Positions 60,205 to 64,000 of a DNA stretch of 64,000 nucleotides are shown here, one piece after another (within the stretch, counting starts at the first letter, position 1; the number at the start of each line of letters is the position of its first letter). The notes under the pieces were generated by a model. It saw only the letters and a program-made list of their open reading frames with translations, was not told where the DNA came from and did no database searches. This DNA comes from an uncultured Clostridia bacterium (lineage in GTDB: Bacteria > Bacillota > Clostridia > TANB77 > CAG-465). The DNA lies in contig CALXJF010000004.1 of the NCBI GenBank assembly GCA_944388575.1, positions 4,122 through 68,121 of the forward strand, read 5' to 3'. The translations under genes and the position numbers were made by a program.

Positions 60205-61233
60205 ATGGTAGCAGCTAGAAGATTAAGAAAAAGTATGTTAAAAGATATGCCTGACATTAATTTAGACTCTATAGATAGTATTTCTAATGTAAAGCATAAA
60301 CATATAAATGCTTTAGGAGATGAAAATTTTATAAAAGATAATTTGGGTACTTTTGACGATGAATATAAACCTAAAATATCTATAAAGTTTAAGTATATTA
60401 TAAAAATATTTATGTGTGTAATAATAATTTTTTCATGTCTTTTGATAAAACTTTTTTTTAAAGAAAAAGTTTTATCAAATAAGTTTGTTGAAATATTAAT
60501 TACTGAATATAACAAAGATTATTCAAAAGAAGGTTGTATTGAAAAAGCAGAAGATATATTTAATGATATTTATACAAAATCTAAATATATAATTCCAGAA
60601 TCTTTGGCAATAAAAGTAAAATCAAAGTATATATCAGATATAAAACCATATTTAGTTAACTTTGAAGTTAAAGATGTATTTAATAAATTATTTTCAAGTA
60701 GTCAAAAAATTAATTCTACTGATAATAAAAAAGAGAGTACTTCTGAGGATACTGGAATGGGTGGAGGAGAACCAGTATTACAAACTATGGAGATTCCAGA
60801 TACGCAAATTAGTGATAATATTTATGCTATTTTAAATAAAAATATCGATATTAAACAACCTGTTCAAGGAACTATAACTTCTAAGTATGGAACAAGAGAA
60901 CAAATTTTTGAAGAATTAAGTAATTATCATACAGGTATAGATATTGCAAATAAAATGGGCACTGAAATATATAGTGCAACAGTTGGATTGGTAAAATCAG
61001 TTGAAGAGAATAATAAATATTATGGAAATAATATAGAAATTGAAACAAATGGTGTCATTTTTAAATATGCACATCTTAAAGATTTTAATGTAAAGGTTGG
61101 AGATGCAGTGACTCAAGATAGTATAATTGGATACATGGGGAGTACAGGTATGTCGACAGGACCACATTTACATTTTGAAATAAAAATAAATGGAGAAGCT
61201 GTGGATCCAAATGAAATAATCAAATTTTATTGA
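60205..61233 (+). CDS. M23/LytM-family metallopeptidase with an N-terminal membrane anchor (SpoIVFA-position gene)
   Basis: HTGIDIA and GSTGMSTGPHLHFEI catalytic motifs. Start at ATG 60205 after GGAGGT. The track start (TTG 60106) lies inside the terminator hairpin. Confidence 0.85.
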   Translation: MVAARRLRKSMLKDMPDINLDSIDSISNVKHKHINALGDENFIKDNLGTFDDEYKPKISIKFKYIIKIFMCVIIIFSCLLIKLFFKEKVLSNKFVEILITEYNKDYSKEGCIEKAEDIFNDIYTKSKYIIPESLAIKVKSKYISDIKPYLVNFEVKDVFNKLFSSSQKINSTDNKKESTSEDTGMGGGEPVLQTMEIPDTQISDNIYAILNKNIDIKQPVQGTITSKYGTREQIFEELSNYHTGIDIANKMGTEIYSATVGLVKSVEENNKYYGNNIEIETNGVIFKYAHLKDFNVKVGDAVTQDSIIGYMGSTGMSTGPHLHFEIKINGEAVDPNEIIKFY

Positions 61234-61240
61234 GGTGTAT

Positions 61241-61873
61241 ATGAAAATTAAAACACCATTTTTGGTATTAGAGATAGAAATCCTATTTATAATCGTAATT
61301 TTTATTTCCATATTTTCTAGTACATTTTTTGATTATATTTTAAATTATTTTATTTGTTATTCTTTTATATTGTTTCATGAGTTATCTCATATGTTTATGG
61401 CTTCAGTATTTGGAAAAGAGATCAATATTTTTAAATTTTCTATCTCTGGTGTCAATATAAAATTTAAAGAGGAAAGTCATAAAAAAAATATTAATATATT
61501 AAAAGAAATTCTAATATATATTGTCGGACCATTTTCAAATGTTTTTTTAGCAATGCTATTAAAAAACAATATTATGATATTTCAAATGAATTTATTTTTA
61601 GCATTTATAAATATTTTACCTATATATCCTTTAGATGGTTATAATATCTTAAGAAATATTTTTTATATATTTTTTAGTAAGAAGAAAAGTAATATAATTT
61701 TAGAGTGTACTAATAAGTTTGTTTTTATAATAATGTTAGTTATAGCCTTATTACAAGTAATTTTTTTGAAAAATCCATCTATAATTATTTTTTCTATATA
61801 TATTTTCTTTATTAATCAAAATAGTAAAAAAGATAGAAGATATAAAGAAATTTTAGATACTATAATATGTTAA
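61241..61873 (+). CDS. M50 site-2 protease, SpoIVFB-like, without a CBS domain
   Basis: HELSHMF (HExxH) within a TM helix and NILPIYPLDGYN (NxxPxxxLDG). Confidence 0.8.
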   Translation: MKIKTPFLVLEIEILFIIVIFISIFSSTFFDYILNYFICYSFILFHELSHMFMASVFGKEINIFKFSISGVNIKFKEESHKKNINILKEILIYIVGPFSNVFLAMLLKNNIMIFQMNLFLAFINILPIYPLDGYNILRNIFYIFFSKKKSNIILECTNKFVFIIMLVIALLQVIFLKNPSIIIFSIYIFFINQNSKKDRRYKEILDTIIC

Positions 61874-61983
61874 AATAATATGTCAAATAAATTACAAAAA
61901 TATTACACTTTTTTATAAAAATGCTTGATTTTTTTGTAAAAAGATAGTATTATATATATAACATATTTTGGGGGTGTTTTAGA

Positions 61984-63258
61984 TTGGCTATAGGAGATAT
62001 TATAGTTGGCTTAGATATAGGTGTCTCTAAAGTAAGCTGTGTAATAGGACAAGTTAACAAATTTAATGAAATTGAAGTAATTGGATATGGCCTTTCAAAT
62101 AATTCTGGTGTAAAAAAAGGTTTAATAATAGATCCCCAAAGAGTATCAAAATCAATAAAAGAAGCTGTATCATCAGCAGAAGAAATATCAGATTTGTCAG
62201 TTAATTCTGCATATGTTAATATAAAAGGAATGAATGTTAGAATTGAAAAAATAGTTATGGAATCAGATGTAGAAAAACCAGATGATGGAATGACTATTAA
62301 CGATATATATAATTTGTTTACGAAAATACAAGTATCTACAAAGTTAGAAAAAGATGAACAAATTATAGATATTCTTCCATATGAATATCGAGTTAATGGA
62401 AGAGTATATAAAGAGGAACCTATTGGAGCTTTTTGTAAAAGTTTTGCTATGGAAGTTGAAGTAGTTATTGCAAAGGGAAGTTATATAGCTGGATTACAAA
62501 AAGCTTTAAAATATGCGGGAATTAAATTAGATGGATTAATATTAGAAACGTTAGCAACCTCAAATATAGTATTAATGCCTGAAGAAAAAGAAATGGGCGT
62601 TTTGCTTGTTGATATAGGTGGGGGGCATACAGATATATCTGTATATAAAAATTCTAAAATAGAATTTTATACAACTATTCCTGTTGGTGGTGATCATATA
62701 ACCAGTGATATAGCTTTGACTTTTGATATATCAACTGATGAGGCTGAAAAATTAAAGAGGCAATATAATTTAGCCATTATGGCTATGATTACAAATAATC
62801 ATGATGTAAAATTGTCAACTAAGATGTCTAATCAAGAAGATAATATTATTAGATGTAGTGATATAGTACAGGTGATTGAAGCTAGAATTAAAGAATTATA
62901 TCAAATAATGAAAAAGATGATTGCAGATAATAATCTTAATGGTAAAATTGAATGCATGGTACTTACTGGACAAGGTATAAGTCAAATAGTTGGTGCAGAA
63001 GAGCTTGCTATGTTAACTTTAAAAATAGATCAAGTTAGAGTTTGTAGTCCAAAATTAATAAATATTATAAAACCACAACATACTACAGTGTTTGGTATGG
63101 TTAGATATATAGCAAGTTTAGGGGTTAGCAAACATGTAAATAGTGATGTGGCAATAATAACAGAACCTACATTTAAAGATAAAATAATTGGTAATTTAAG
63201 GAATTTTAAAAATAATATATTTAAAAAAAGAAGTAATGAAAATAATGAGATGTATTGA
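61984..63258 (+). CDS. ftsA: cell division protein FtsA
   Basis: TTG start after GGGGGTG. VGLDIGVSKV, VDIGGGHTD, and the actin-like fold pattern. Confidence 0.92.
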   Translation: MAIGDIIVGLDIGVSKVSCVIGQVNKFNEIEVIGYGLSNNSGVKKGLIIDPQRVSKSIKEAVSSAEEISDLSVNSAYVNIKGMNVRIEKIVMESDVEKPDDGMTINDIYNLFTKIQVSTKLEKDEQIIDILPYEYRVNGRVYKEEPIGAFCKSFAMEVEVVIAKGSYIAGLQKALKYAGIKLDGLILETLATSNIVLMPEEKEMGVLLVDIGGGHTDISVYKNSKIEFYTTIPVGGDHITSDIALTFDISTDEAEKLKRQYNLAIMAMITNNHDVKLSTKMSNQEDNIIRCSDIVQVIEARIKELYQIMKKMIADNNLNGKIECMVLTGQGISQIVGAEELAMLTLKIDQVRVCSPKLINIIKPQHTTVFGMVRYIASLGVSKHVNSDVAIITEPTFKDKIIGNLRNFKNNIFKKRSNENNEMY

Positions 63259-63279
63259 TTTTTTAAGGAGGAGTAAATA

Positions 63280-64000
63280 ATGGAAAATGAGTTGCAAACA
63301 GGAGTAGCAAATATCAAAGTTGTTGGTGTCGGTGGCGGCGGTAACAGCGTTGTAAATAGAATGGTAGATGCTAATATTAGGGGTATAGAATTTATTGCTA
63401 TAAATACAGATAAACAAGCATTAAGTCTATCAAAAGCATCTAGAAAAATACAGATTGGTGAGAAATTAACGCGAGGATTAGGTGCTGGAGCTAACCCTGA
63501 TATTGGTAAGTGCAGTGCTGAGGAATCAAAAGCAGAAATTGCAGAAGCTTTAAAAGGAGCTGATATGGTATTTGTAACTGCTGGAATGGGTGGTGGAACA
63601 GGAACAGGAGCAGCACCCGTTGTAGCCGAAACTTCTAAGGAGATGGGAATACTTACAGTAGCAGTTGTAACAAAACCTTTTCCGTTTGAAGGTAAAAGAA
63701 GAAATTTACAAGCTGAATCAGGTATAGAAGAATTAAAGCAATCTGTAGATACGTTAATTGTTATTCCTAATGAAAAATTACTCCAAGTTGTAGAAAAACA
63801 AACTTCAATAGTGGAAGCATTTAAAATGTCTGATGATGTATTAAGACAAGGTGTACAAGGTATATCTGATCTTATTACAATTCCTGGTCTTGTAAATCTA
63901 GATTTTGCCGATGTTAAAACTATTATGGTTAATGCTGGTATTGCACATATTGGAATAGGTAGAGCATCTGGAGATCATAGAGCTCAAGAAGCTGCAAGAC
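63280..64000 (+). CDS. ftsZ: cell division protein FtsZ (C-terminus beyond the window)
   Basis: Not in the track because no stop lies in the window. [27 protein letters not shown], and the tubulin signature [13 protein letters not shown] at about 63590. Confidence 0.95.
   Translation, partial: MENELQTGVANIKVVGVGGGGNSVVNRMVDANIRGIEFIAINTDKQALSLSKASRKIQIGEKLTRGLGAGANPDIGKCSAEESKAEIAEALKGADMVFVTAGMGGGTGTGAAPVVAETSKEMGILTVAVVTKPFPFEGKRRNLQAESGIEELKQSVDTLIVIPNEKLLQVVEKQTSIVEAFKMSDDVLRQGVQGISDLITIPGLVNLDFADVKTIMVNAGIAHIGIGRASGDHRAQEAAR

Overview
The window is a very AT-rich chromosomal segment, roughly 25% GC by eye. It comes from an endospore-forming Firmicute, probably class Clostridia, and is centred on the replication origin.

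The core backbone is clear:
- mutS and spmA/spmB
- two tRNA-Arg genes, then tadA and cwlD
- a GH13 amylase
- an M16 peptidase pair, yqeY, a tagO-like gene, rpiB and ywlE
- two tRNA-Ser genes
- the origin block parB-parA-rsmG-mnmG-mnmE-jag-yidC-yidD-rnpA-rpmH | oriC | dnaA | oriC | dnaN-recF-gyrB
- infC-rpmI-rplT with an L20-type leader, then efp, folC and miaB
- an M23 peptidase, a SpoIVFB-like site-2 protease, ftsA and ftsZ (partial)

The most unusual locus is a tightly coupled minus-strand operon at 18.7-24.9 kb.
- It combines a VirB4-family ATPase with a pilin-less Tad-like set: a TadZ/CpaE-like ATPase, a CpaF/VirB11-class ATPase and a single TadB/C platform protein. A coiled-coil protein of unknown function completes it.
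- The VirB4 reading frame is interrupted by a single in-frame TAG.
- Its promoter shares a 14-nt element, TGTCGAAACTTGCG, with the promoter of a nearby Spo0E-like gene. The element contains a Spo0A-box-like heptamer and sits at exactly the same distance from the -35 box in both promoters.
- A divergent operon of three Asn-rich small proteins starts from the same control region.

Several gene-decay or rearrangement scars are visible:
- a chimeric tadA/cwlD remnant created by deletion at an 11-bp microhomology, plus a decayed copy of a tRNA 3' end, together flanking a DUF4143 ATPase gene
- a flavodoxin gene with TGG to TGA
- a frameshifted LysR gene
- a TAA followed by 40 open in-frame codons

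An unclassified leader RNA of about 380 nt, with its own promoter and terminator, precedes the M23/S2P pair.

All calls rest on motif recognition by eye and the supplied ORF track. No database search was possible.
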